DNA of 64,000 nucleotides, from assembly GCA_963753975.1 (NCBI GenBank), contig CAVWEH010000005.1, positions 480,001 to 544,000 of the forward strand. The letters run 5' to 3'. Below the pieces are notes generated by a model. It was given only the letters and a program-made list of their open reading frames with translations. It was not told the origin of the DNA and searched no databases. Source of the DNA: an uncultured delta proteobacterium (lineage in GTDB: Bacteria > Desulfobacterota > Syntrophia > Syntrophales > Smithellaceae). The position numbers and the translations under genes are program-made. This document shows positions 1 to 9,960 of the stretch, in pieces; position 1 is the stretch's first letter, and every line of letters begins with the position of its first letter.

Positions 1-1
1 C

Positions 2-583
2 GATAGGAAGAATGCTCTGAACGCATACAAAAAGAAGGTTGATCCGAATAATATCATGAATCCGGGTAAATTTTTCAACGTCCAATCAAAATGGCTGAAT
101 ATTCCGGCACTTGTCTTTCGTCCAGGCATTTTTGGCTTTTTCATAAAACTAATGATCTTTCTGTCGCCTGTTATCGGGAAAATTGTGATACTGCTTCTGG
201 GTAAGCATAAAAAGCTTGATAGCCTCGATTTTGAACTGACTACCCACGCCTGTGCCAAGTGCGGAAACTGCCTTGCCGTATGCCCCGCATACCTTGTTAC
301 CAACAATGAAGAAATGACTGCCAAGGGAAAGATTGCTCTAGCTAAAAAGTTAATTGATGGTAAGAAAGTAACAAAAGAAGAAGCGGAAAATGTATTTATG
401 TGCATGCATTGCAAGGCCTGCGAAGAAATATGTCAAACTAATCTTGAACTGATGATGCTCTGGGATGCACTGGAAAAAAGGATCGAAGGAAAATTCGGCC
501 GCCCCGAAGGTAAAATTGATGAATTTCTTAAAGAGGTTGACGCTAACAAGGATTACTGGGAAATGGTGGAACGAAATAACTAA
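2..583 (+). CDS. 3' part of an FAD-linked oxidase (GlcD-like C-terminus) fused to a 2x[4Fe-4S] domain; runs off the left edge
   Basis: Frame is open from position 2: DRKNALNAYKKKVDPNNIMNPGK (typical FAD-oxidase C-terminal DPxNIMNPGK), followed by CAKCGNCLAVCP and CMHCKACEEIC. Confidence 0.75.
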   Translation, partial: DRKNALNAYKKKVDPNNIMNPGKFFNVQSKWLNIPALVFRPGIFGFFIKLMIFLSPVIGKIVILLLGKHKKLDSLDFELTTHACAKCGNCLAVCPAYLVTNNEEMTAKGKIALAKKLIDGKKVTKEEAENVFMCMHCKACEEICQTNLELMMLWDALEKRIEGKFGRPEGKIDEFLKEVDANKDYWEMVERNN

Positions 584-628
584 ATCACCCCTTGATAACT
601 TTATTATTTAAATGATGAGTTAAAGACT

Positions 629-2038
629 ATGCCCAAGAAATATCATATTCATTCTAAATTAACACCGCTTAATCTGGATTATGTATTCAAATTTAAAATT
701 GAGCGAGGGGAAAATTGCATTAATTGCGGTAAGTGTACAAAGGTATGCATTTACGAGGCGCATAAACGACGTAAAGATGATCCACGAAAAATGGCTGACC
801 CCAACACCGTTGTTTGCCGCAACTGTTTTCGCTGCATTCAGGAATGCCCGAGAGGAGCGTTGGAAAAATCTCTGGACAAGGACTTTTTGAATATCGGCGG
901 GTCATACTGGAAGTCCGATATGTTTATCACTTTATGGAAGCAGGCAGAGGATGGCAAGGTTCCGGTTACCGGCGCCGGTTACAGAGGGCCGTTTACAGGG
1001 CCGGGGTTCGACGGTATGTGGACTGACATGTCGGAAATTGTCCGGCCGACTCGTGACGGTATTCATGGACGAGAATATATCAATACATCAGTCGAACTAG
1101 GTCGAAGACTCAATCACCTGACTTTTGATGAAAGAGGCAAATTATTATCAAAAGTTCATGATACAATCGATATTCCGATTCCCATAATCTTTGATCTCCC
1201 TTCCAATGATCTGAGTCCTCATGTAAAGAGCGCATTAGTAAAAGCAGCTGCAGAGCTTAACACCTGCATCGTTTTGTCGGCGGGTGATATTACGTCCGAA
1301 CGGAAAAAATACATTAAAAACATCATCCCTTTAATTTCTCATAAAGAAATCGACAAGCATCAGGGACTGATCAAAAATGCAAGAATTGTGGCCATTGAGT
1401 ATAACCATGAACTGCTCAGTGATTTCGCTACACTAAAAGGTAAAATAAAAAAAATAAGTGATGCTCTGACGATCATTCGAATTCCGGCAGAGAAATCCGT
1501 TGAAACCATTATTTCTAAGCTTACGCAAAATGGCGCTGAGATTATTCATGTCGTGGCCGATTACCGCGGTATGGAAATTAACGGTTCATCTGACTTCGGG
1601 CGCCGTCTGATCAAGGACATTATCCGATCCGCTCACCGGAAATTAATTGATGAACGGATTCGTGATGAGGTTACGATTATTGCCTCCGGTGGTATCGCCA
1701 TGGCTGAGCATGTGCCCAAAGCAATGATCTGTGGCGCGGATTTAACGGCCATAGATTTGCCCTTGCTTATCGCGCTTGGCGCCCGCCTATATGAAGAACC
1801 GGATAAACTGCTTATTATTCCCGAAGGATTGGAAAAAATTCCTGAAAGGATTCTGACACAGAGAATCATCAACCTTATGGGCGCATGGCATTCGCAGCTT
1901 CTGGAAGTAATGGGCGCTATGGGTATTCGCGAGGCGCGCCGGCTACGCGGCGAATCCGGAAGAGCAATCTTCTTTGAAGAAGTTGACAATGACACCTTTG
2001 GAAAATTATTTAAGAAAAGAGAAGAAGCAAGCGTATGA
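629..2038 (+). CDS. Ferredoxin-fused glutamate synthase FMN-domain-like protein (divergent)
   Basis: N-terminal CINCGKCTKVC and CRNCFRCIQECP; C-terminal IIASGGI...KAMICGAD and EVMGAMGI resemble the GltB FMN barrel. Confidence 0.75.
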   Translation: MPKKYHIHSKLTPLNLDYVFKFKIERGENCINCGKCTKVCIYEAHKRRKDDPRKMADPNTVVCRNCFRCIQECPRGALEKSLDKDFLNIGGSYWKSDMFITLWKQAEDGKVPVTGAGYRGPFTGPGFDGMWTDMSEIVRPTRDGIHGREYINTSVELGRRLNHLTFDERGKLLSKVHDTIDIPIPIIFDLPSNDLSPHVKSALVKAAAELNTCIVLSAGDITSERKKYIKNIIPLISHKEIDKHQGLIKNARIVAIEYNHELLSDFATLKGKIKKISDALTIIRIPAEKSVETIISKLTQNGAEIIHVVADYRGMEINGSSDFGRRLIKDIIRSAHRKLIDERIRDEVTIIASGGIAMAEHVPKAMICGADLTAIDLPLLIALGARLYEEPDKLLIIPEGLEKIPERILTQRIINLMGAWHSQLLEVMGAMGIREARRLRGESGRAIFFEEVDNDTFGKLFKKREEASV

Positions 2039-3524
2039 AACCACCTTCGACTGTAAAAATTAAAACGACGCCTTCACGGTTCAAGCACCAGGTGCCGAAA
2101 TATAAAGTCACCAGGTCTAACGCATGCATCAACTGCGGCACTTGTGCCAAATCATGTCCCTACGGAGTTCATGAGAGGGTTGAAGGACATAACAGGGTAA
2201 AGCCACCGATTAACTATAAATGCATCGGCTTCGAATGCCAGAACAACGATTTTTACTGTATTGCCAGATGCCCGCGCAAAGCACTGAGCTTATCGCTGAA
2301 TCCGATGTATGAAACACTTGGGGACTATCGCTGGACGGCGGACATGATTACCGGAACATGGATCATGGCGGAAACAGGTTATCCTCCGGAAGCGAAAGGA
2401 TCTGGAATATAATGTCGGCAATTCCGGCGGCGGCTTCGACAAGCTCAGGTTTAAGTTTCCTTCCGGCCGCCCCAAAATAGATAAGTTAGAAATCTCCACC
2501 GAAATTCCCTTAAATCGAAGAAATGATGGTCGGCCTAACATCGTCATTTCGACGCCTGTTTACGGTGGCGGGATGTCGTTCGGTTCGGTAAGCCTGCCGA
2601 CCATGCTTTCCAAGGCGCACAATGCTACGATATGGAATACCTTTACCTGTACCGGCGAGGGAGGATACCCGGAAATGCTTCAACCTTACGACCGTAACGT
2701 TATCACGCAGGTGGCAACAGGTTTGTTCGGCGTACGCGAAGAAACCATACAGCGGGTGAGAATAGTGGAATTTAAGTACGCGCAGGGCGCAAAGCCCGGG
2801 ACTGGGCGGGCATCTCCTGGGAGAAAAGAATACGGAAAGTGTCGCCCGCATGCGCGAAGCGGTCAAGGGTACTTCGCTTTTTTCACCTTTCCCATTTCAC
2901 TCGGTCTATTCTATCGAAGATCACAAGAAACATATTGACTGGATTAAAGAAATCAATCCTCAGGCATTAGTCTCCGTTAAGGTTTCCACTCCTAATGACG
3001 TGGATATGGTTGCCGTCGGTTCATACTACGCCGGCGCGCATATTATTCACATTGACGGCGGCTACGGCGGCACCGGCGCCGCGCCAGACATTGCCAAGAA
3101 GAATATCGCCATGCCTATAGAATATGCTATCGTAAAAGTTCATAATTTTTTAAAGGAGGAGGGCGCCCGGGACGCAATGACACTCATTGCTTCAGGCGGT
3201 ATTCGGACTGCTCATGACCTGGCTAAAGCAATTTGCCTGGGCGCGGACGGCGCAGTTATAGGCACGGCGGAATTGGTGTCGCTCGAATGTGTCCGCTGCG
3301 GAAACTGCGAGTCTGGACGCGGCTGCGCCCGGGGCATTGCCTCGACCGATTCGGAGCTTGCCGACCTCTTTAGGGAAGACTGGGCTACGCAGCGCCTGAC
3401 CAATATGTATCATGCCTGGAATGTCCAGCTCGTGGAGATCCTCCAGAAGTTCGGCATGCGAAGCGTGAGAGAGCTTGTTGGCAGGTCTGATTTGCTTGAA
3501 CATATAGATTATTCATCCCGTTAG
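2035..3524 (+). CDS. Ferredoxin-fused glutamate synthase FMN-binding subunit (GltB2-like), interrupted by two +1 frameshifts (~2396 and ~2799)
   Basis: Joining three frames gives CINCGTCAKSCP ... GNSGGGFDKL ... MSFGS ... TGEGG ... QVATG ... YAQGAKPG/LGGHLLGEK ... IDGGYGGTGAAP ... ASGGIR ... CVRCGNCESGRGC; both shifts are in short homopolymers. Confidence 0.85.
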
Positions 3525-3575
3525 AAATTAATGCAAAATATTATTTCTAACGGGATGAAGCGGAGTTTGCTAATA

Positions 3576-6212
3576 ATGGATAATGTTGAAAAAATAATTA
3601 AGTCACGCACCGTGTTGTGCAGCCAGGTGCCGCTTTTAAGCCCGAATACTGAAGAAGAAGGCGGCTGCGGCGTTACCGGTTTCATCTGTTCCATTCCGGT
3701 AACCGGAAAAAATATTTTCGAGCCGTCGGTACAGATGCACAATAGGGGGAATGGAAAAGGCGGCGGCATCGGAGCTGTTGGATTTGTTCCCGAAGCACTG
3801 GGCGTCTCCCGGCAAGTGCTGGAAGATGATTACATGCTACACGTTGCCCTCCTTGATATGAGCGTGTATGAAGATCTGGAAAACACTTTTATCAAACCTA
3901 ATTTTAAGATTGATAAATTCGAAAAGCTAGCCACTATCGACGATTATCGCAGCATCGGTCTGGAAGTCCGGCCGCCGGATGTTATGCGTTATTTCGTCCG
4001 CGTCAAAGATGAAGTACTGGACCGGTTCATTAAAGACAATAAATTTTCCTCTCTGGACAGACGGGATGCCGAAGACGAATTTGTCTATCAGAATAGCTTC
4101 AAGATTAACACCCACTATTATGCTTCTCTTGGTGAAAAGAAAGCTTTTGTCATGTCTCACGGCAGAAACATGATGATCCTGAAAATCGTGGGTTACGCGG
4201 AAAACGTCGTCCGGTACTATAAGCTGGATGATTTCAAGGCTCATGCCTGGCTTGCTCATCAGCGCTATCCCACCCGCGGACGCGTCTGGCATCCCGGCGG
4301 CTGCCATCCATTCAGCGCCTTGAATGAAGCTCTGGTGCATAATGGTGATTTTGCCAACTATCAGTCCGTACTTGAATACCTTAAACAGCGAAACTACTAC
4401 CCGCTGTTTCTTACCGATACTGAAGAAGCAGCTCTGCTTCTTGATTTGTGGAGCAGGGTATATAAATATCCGCTGGAATATCTGATTGAGGCCATGGCCC
4501 CGACTTCGGAAATGGACTTCGATATGCTGCCTGCCAAAAAGCAGCAACTATATAAAGCTATTCAAACCCATCACGTCAATTCTTCGCCCGATGGACCTTG
4601 GTTTTTTATCATTGCCAGAAATGATGTTAGAAATGATCAATTCCAACTTATCGGTATTACCGACACAGCCATGCTGCGACCGCAGGTTTTTGCCCTGCAA
4701 GAAGGGGATGTGCAGATTGGTCTCATTTGTTCGGAAAAGCAAGCCATTGATGCGACACTGATTTCGCTCACGCGGGAAGATCCGCGTTTCCTGCCCATTG
4801 CTGACAAATATTGGAATGCCCGCGGCGGCAGCTATACCGACGGCGGCGCCTTTATCTTCAGCCTCAAAGGCGAGGCTGATGCTAAAAGGCTTATTTGTAC
4901 CGACAAGTTCGGAAAAGTAATTGTGACGCCGCAGGGCAAATCTGCCTGCGATATAGCGAAAAAGATAACAGTTCCAGGGGACTACAAACAGATAGAAGGA
5001 GAAATTGCCGTTTTATTTACCGAAAATGATTATGCGGCCGTTGCCGATAAATTGTTTGCATATGTAAAGGACGGTATCGGCGGTTTTAATCCTGATAAAC
5101 TCAGATTCTGCATTGAGACAATTAAGAGTTATGCGCTAAAAAGTGACAAAGGCAAACAAGCAGCAATTACCGCATTCACGCTTTTGACCGATCGAAGATT
5201 CAATACCGGCTCAATAAAAAGAAGCTCCCTGCTCCATGTTGTAAGGATCGCTCTTAATGAGATTTTCGACTCCATTCCGTTGATTATTGAAATGTCTCAG
5301 TCGCGATTCAGCCGCATTAATTATGCCGGCCGCGATCACCTGCGCGCTCCGAAAAATAATGAGAAAATTCTGATTGTTGATGCCGGACAATTTGACCCCG
5401 AAGGTGACAATTGTGATGCGGTAATGATGGTAAAGGCCTTTAAACTCGGCTGGAAGCATTTCATTGTTTACAAATATCGCGGCCAGCGCTTTACCGGTTG
5501 CGGTTTCGGTCCGGCGACAAAGGGCATAAGGATCGATGTTTACGGCGCTTCAGGCGACTATCTGGCGTCGGGCATCGACGGCATGGAAATTTATGTTCAT
5601 GGCAATGCCCAAGATCAACTCTGCCAGATCATGAAAGATGGAAAGCTAGTGGTATTTGGCGATGTTGGTCAAACATTCATGTATGGCGCCAAAGGCGGCT
5701 CTGCTTATATTATGGGTAACGCCGCGGGGCGGCCTTTAATTAATGCGGTCGGCAAACCGCGCGTGGTGATTAACGGAACTGCGTTGGACTATCTTGCAGA
5801 ATCTTTTATGGCGGGTGATCCTCTCCATGGTGGCGGTTTTGTAGTACTCAACGGCATCGGTTTTGACGACGAGAAGGGAGAAATTTACGAATACGATTCG
5901 CCGTACCCCGGCTCGAACATATTTTCTCTTGCTTCCGGCGGAGCCATTTATGTACGCGATCCGCACAGAAAACTTGTCGAGGAACAGCTCAACGGGGGCG
6001 AGTTTGCCGATGTTACCGATGCTGACTGGAAACTGATCCTGCCGTATCTCGAGGAAAACGAAAAACTCTTTGCAATAAGCGTAGAGAGACTTTTAACGGT
6101 CGACGGCAATAAAAAATCTCCGCAGGCGATTTACAGAAAAATTATGCCGCAAAGGACGCCAGCCGTCTCCAAGGAAGACGCGGGTTTGGAGGAATCAGTC
6201 GAAGAATATTAG
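3576..6212 (+). CDS. Glutamate synthase subunit: class II glutamine amidotransferase fused to the GXGXG C-terminal domain (GltB1+GltB3-like)
   Basis: EEEGGCGVTG (Ntn Cys after a short propeptide), HQRYPT, HPF, LVHNGD, GDYLASG, GDVGQTFMYGAKGG; ATG 3576 follows GGAG. Confidence 0.85.
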   Translation: MDNVEKIIKSRTVLCSQVPLLSPNTEEEGGCGVTGFICSIPVTGKNIFEPSVQMHNRGNGKGGGIGAVGFVPEALGVSRQVLEDDYMLHVALLDMSVYEDLENTFIKPNFKIDKFEKLATIDDYRSIGLEVRPPDVMRYFVRVKDEVLDRFIKDNKFSSLDRRDAEDEFVYQNSFKINTHYYASLGEKKAFVMSHGRNMMILKIVGYAENVVRYYKLDDFKAHAWLAHQRYPTRGRVWHPGGCHPFSALNEALVHNGDFANYQSVLEYLKQRNYYPLFLTDTEEAALLLDLWSRVYKYPLEYLIEAMAPTSEMDFDMLPAKKQQLYKAIQTHHVNSSPDGPWFFIIARNDVRNDQFQLIGITDTAMLRPQVFALQEGDVQIGLICSEKQAIDATLISLTREDPRFLPIADKYWNARGGSYTDGGAFIFSLKGEADAKRLICTDKFGKVIVTPQGKSACDIAKKITVPGDYKQIEGEIAVLFTENDYAAVADKLFAYVKDGIGGFNPDKLRFCIETIKSYALKSDKGKQAAITAFTLLTDRRFNTGSIKRSSLLHVVRIALNEIFDSIPLIIEMSQSRFSRINYAGRDHLRAPKNNEKILIVDAGQFDPEGDNCDAVMMVKAFKLGWKHFIVYKYRGQRFTGCGFGPATKGIRIDVYGASGDYLASGIDGMEIYVHGNAQDQLCQIMKDGKLVVFGDVGQTFMYGAKGGSAYIMGNAAGRPLINAVGKPRVVINGTALDYLAESFMAGDPLHGGGFVVLNGIGFDDEKGEIYEYDSPYPGSNIFSLASGGAIYVRDPHRKLVEEQLNGGEFADVTDADWKLILPYLEENEKLFAISVERLLTVDGNKKSPQAIYRKIMPQRTPAVSKEDAGLEESVEEY

Positions 6213-6319
6213 GATAATTTTTTCGTGGTGCGTGTGAATGTAACGGCAGAGATTATTTGCATCGCACGCGAAATGGTTTGCTTCTTCGATAAGGCTACAC
6301 ACTGAATTCCGCTGTTTAT

Positions 6320-7904
6320 TTAATGAGCTTCACTTACGTGTTTATTTTTTTTCCGGAAAAATTTCGGATCAATTCCCAGTTTGCTGATTTTATACTGCAT
6401 GATGCGTTTGGTAGTGCCCAGCATCTTTGCGGCTTTGGTTTGATTTCCCGCAACTTCTTCCAACGCATCGATAATCAATGATCTTTCCTGCGCTTCTACA
6501 ACAGAAGACAATTTTCCCCGTTCTTTTTTGTCCAATTCCTTTTCTCTTGCCTGCAAAGACGGGGGCAAATGCATACACTCGATTGTATCGCTATTGGACA
6601 AGAGAACAGCTCGCTCTATGCAGTTCTCCAGTTCGCGCACATTCCCCGGCCATTTATGGGATAAAAATACTTCTATGGCCGATGTGGAAATTCTTTTAAT
6701 GTTTTTAGCCATTTCCTTGCTGTATTTCAGGATAAAATGATCGGCCAATAAGATGACATCGCTGCCTCTTTCACGCAGCGGAGGCAAATAAATAGGAAAA
6801 ACATTCAAGCGGTAAAACAGATCAGCGCGAAAACGTTCCGCCAAAATATCTTGTTCTAAATCTCTGTTCGTTGCTGCGATAATGCGCACATTAACGTTGA
6901 CAACTCTGGAAGACCCCAATGGTTGAAATCTTTTTTCCTGTAAGACGCGCAAAAGTTTTACCTGCGCAGCAGCGGATAGCTCGCCTACTTCGTCCAAGAA
7001 AGATTGTGCCGCCGTTTGCTTCTTCGAATCTTCCCCGCCGCTGCTGCAATGCGCCGGTAAATGCTCCTTTTTCATGACCAAATAACTCGCTTTCAATTAA
7101 CGTATCGGGGATCGCCGCACAATTAACCTGTACTATCGGACCGTTGTGCCGGGGAGAGTTCATGTGAATCGCCCGGGCAATCAGTTCCTTGCCCGTTCCG
7201 GTCTCTCCGGAGATTAGAACCGTTGTGTTGGAATCGGCCACCTGAGCGACTAGACCGAATACTTCCTGCATAGGTTTAGAATGGCCGATAATATCTATCG
7301 AAGGCGCCCGTGTACTGCCGACGATTTTCTTCAGTCTTTTATTTTCCTCCTCCAGCGCTCTGATGTGCACGAATTTGGCCATCAATTCCGCGACCGATGA
7401 AAGCATAGCCAGTTCTTTATCCAGATTTTCCACCTCGCGCGCGACTTTATCGGCCGATAAAACTCCCACGACATGGTCGTCGTAAATAATAGGAACACAA
7501 AGAAAGGCCAATTCCGTCCTGTTTAAATGACGCCGCGCCCCTGTACGGTCTAAAAAATGAGTGGCGTGCCCCAGATTGGCGACAGCCATCGGACGGCCTG
7601 TTTGGGCTACCTCGCCGGTAATACCTTCGCCGGGTTTATAGGTTATATCCAATCCTTCAATATTTACACCGTGGGCAATGTCGAGCCAGGCTTCCTTTTT
7701 TTCGCGATCCAAGAGCGAAATCATGCCTCGCTGCATACCTAAACGTGAACTCATTTCCTGCAGAACTTGCTCTAGCTCATCACGTAAATCTGTAGGTTGA
7801 GCTAAAATTTTAGATATAGCGTGCAGTGCGGCAAGCTCTTCGTAACTGTGTAGGCTTAATTTCGTCTCTTCCATAATAGAATTTTTTTTTGAAATTTTAC
7901 TCAT
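6320..7904 (-). CDS. GAF-domain sigma-54-dependent transcriptional activator (NifA-like), one frameshift at ~6998
   Basis: GAF region, [27 protein letters not shown] across the shift, [10 protein letters not shown] and a C-terminal HTH ([11 protein letters not shown]); split over ORFs 6891..7961 and 6320..7096. Confidence 0.9.
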
Positions 7905-7938
7905 ATTAAGGCCTAAAGAACCTTTTAAAAATATTTTG

Positions 7939-7952
7939 TTACAAAATTGTTC
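7939..7952. promoter_or_regulatory. Putative activator binding site upstream of the sigma-54 activator gene (possible autoregulation)
   Basis: TTACAAAATTGTTC; ACAAAATTGTTCTA (14 nt) is identical to the second palindrome upstream of amtB. Confidence 0.4.
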
Positions 7953-8119
7953 TAAAAGCAACAGATTTTTGGCATTTCAATGTATGAAAATGCAAGTAAT
8001 GAACCAATTTTGATCTTTTTTGATAATTTTAAAGTAAGGTAACTTAAAACGATGTTCACAAATATGCTTAAATAAGCATTTTTAAGGCTTTGCCAATTAT
8101 AAATAAAATTTTCGTCCAA

Positions 8120-8179
8120 TTCGGACGCTGCTGGTCAGTCGCGCTGCTTTTTACGTCGGCTGAATTAGCCTTGTTCGAT
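8120..8179 (-). mobile_element. Degenerate attC-like site (60 bp) directly downstream of the radical SAM gene
   Basis: Minus strand ATCGAAC-aaggctaat-TCAGCCGACG-taaaaagcag-CGCGACTGA-ccagcagc-GTCCGAA: R''/L''/L'/R' layout, but R' has GTC in place of GTT. Confidence 0.55.
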
Positions 8180-8186
8180 ATTCCTT

Positions 8187-9188
8187 CTATTTTATATCAC
8201 TGTAGTAGCGTGATGGACCGCTCCAGATGCCCCAATTGCTTTCCTGAAAAATTGATTTGCAGCTGCTAACGGTTTCACCTCTGCCTTCTTCCGTTTTCTC
8301 CTTAATGTCTCGGGGATTGGCACCGACTTCTGCCCAGAAAAGATTTGCCCCGGCGATCGCACCCAGGGCACAAGGCTCATGCGTACAGTTGCCCATCACA
8401 GATCGTGGCATTCCCAATCTGGTAACAGCAACTATTTGGGCCATACGCATCTCGTTAATTACTCCGCGTTCGGCTATCGCAGTTCCAGGTAAGGGGATAC
8501 GCCTGGCTGCGCCGCTGTATGAAGGATTGAAGGAAGCCGTGAATTCTATCATCTCAGCCAACTCCTCGTTTGTGTGTTCCGGCCCTACCGGTTCGACACA
8601 TGTGCCGACTTTTAATCCAGCCTCTTGAAAGTTGCGAATGCTTTCCTTTCTTGCCTTCGGAGAGAGACCTGAATCGATTCCTTCACGCAGACGCAAAGCG
8701 TGATATACACCTGTGTATCCGGTCTCTTTCATCTTGCTCGCGTTGGCGAGTGACTGGTCGCCAATATTGGCTACGATGACTGTCGTCTTTTTGAGATTTT
8801 TACGGATTTCCTGAGATATTTCCAGAAACAACTCAAACGAATACCGGGCAGTTGTCATTACGAAAATGGCGTTTGCCCCGTCTTCTTCGAATTGTTTCGC
8901 GTATGTAACAGCCTCTTTGGCTGTCAACTGTTTTTCTTCGGAAAAAACGCCGTTCTTCTGTGCAAATGCACAAAAGGCACAGTTGCAGGGACAAGGTGCC
9001 AGGTTGAGGGCCAACTGGGCATGTACTTCGGCTTTGTTCCCGGTTAACTCCTTTGAGATTCGATTGGCTTCCGCCATGATGAGATAGCTCTCCGGAGAGT
9101 CAGGCGCCAGCGAGAGTAAATGCACTAATTCCTTGTGGAAGAGCTGTTCACCGTTCTGTGATTTTTTTATCAGTTCATTAATATCCAT
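8187..9188 (-). CDS. Radical SAM protein, BioB/HydE/PylB-like, function unknown
   Basis: CPCNCAFC motif, biotin-synthase-like layout, C-terminal AIAGANL; ATG 9188 follows ATAGGA. Confidence 0.8.
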   Translation of the reverse strand: MDINELIKKSQNGEQLFHKELVHLLSLAPDSPESYLIMAEANRISKELTGNKAEVHAQLALNLAPCPCNCAFCAFAQKNGVFSEEKQLTAKEAVTYAKQFEEDGANAIFVMTTARYSFELFLEISQEIRKNLKKTTVIVANIGDQSLANASKMKETGYTGVYHALRLREGIDSGLSPKARKESIRNFQEAGLKVGTCVEPVGPEHTNEELAEMIEFTASFNPSYSGAARRIPLPGTAIAERGVINEMRMAQIVAVTRLGMPRSVMGNCTHEPCALGAIAGANLFWAEVGANPRDIKEKTEEGRGETVSSCKSIFQESNWGIWSGPSRYYSDIK

Positions 9189-9369
9189 TTCAATTCCTAT
9201 CTCACTTTGACCATCCAACGCGGAGCTAAGGGCGGCATGTGAATCAGCGCACCCGGGCATTTTTTTCTTTACAATACTGTAATATCAGAACTTCGCCTAT
9301 TTGTCAGGCACCAATAATGACCTCAATAATGGTAGTTTAGACCAGTGTTGCCGACGTGCAAAGCACTCT

Positions 9370-9458
9370 GAAGGATTTTACGTTTTTCTTACGCCAACTC
9401 CCTGGAAAACATCAAAGAGGGATTAAACCGGCTGGAGCGATATTTGGGTAAACTCTAG
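9370..9458 (+). pseudogene. Relic 3' end of a PLP-dependent class I/II aminotransferase
   Basis: 9381..9458 reads RFSYANSLENIKEGLNRLERYLGKL*, preceded one base out of frame by EGF; no upstream gene body. Confidence 0.6.
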
Positions 9459-9673
9459 CTGAGATCTTTTAGTTCTAATAGTTTTAAACGAAATTTTTGT
9501 TCAGTTGAAACAATCGTCAAAAATGCACCCATATGATGTAAGCATGGACAATCCGATAATCCTCAAAATATATTAAGAGGTTTTTTATTGGTTTTTGTTG
9601 GCTAAAATATTAAAGGTTTCAATTACGATTTTGTTTTCTATTTTTTTAAACTGATTCTGAAAATCATCTTTGC

Positions 9674-9960
9674 TCAAATGATATTATTTTTTCTTAGCAT
9701 ATCAACATACTCTTCTTTGCCCATCGGACAATCAAAAAAATCTTCAGCCAGATTACTATCCTCAAATTTTAATTGATTTTTTATTCTACCCATTAAATTT
9801 GACGAATATTCTTTAATGCTATGACTAAAATATGTATATATTGGATATTTAATGCCATCGATTATAAGATTATAATATTGGTGGTGGCTCTTTTTTTGTT
9901 TGGAAAAAAACCCTTTTTCTCCAAAACTTTAATTATGTCAGTAGTCTTCCTAGGTTTCAT
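9674..9960 (-). CDS. HicA-like small protein (~95 aa), broken by a 1-nt homopolymer deletion near 9905; not in the ORF track
   Basis: MKPRKTTDIIKVLEKKGFF/QKKSHHQYYNLIIDGIKYPIYTYFSHSIKEYSSNLMGRIKNQLKFEDSNLAEDFFDCPMGKEEYVDMLRKNNII*; start overlaps the upstream gene by 11 nt. Confidence 0.65.

Noticed and set aside
2390..2810. Programmed frameshifting or recoding in the glutamate synthase subunit
   Set aside because: No slippery heptamer or in-frame stop readthrough; the same indel pattern occurs in unrelated genes across the window
6320..7904. Calling the activator nifA, implying nitrogen fixation
   Set aside because: No nif genes in the window; the domain layout is shared by many activators
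7968..7985. TTGGCA as a second sigma-54 promoter
   Set aside because: No GC at the -12 position, and it points away from the adjacent gene
8187..9188. Calling the radical SAM gene bioB or pylB
   Set aside because: Only general similarity; no bio or pyl neighbours
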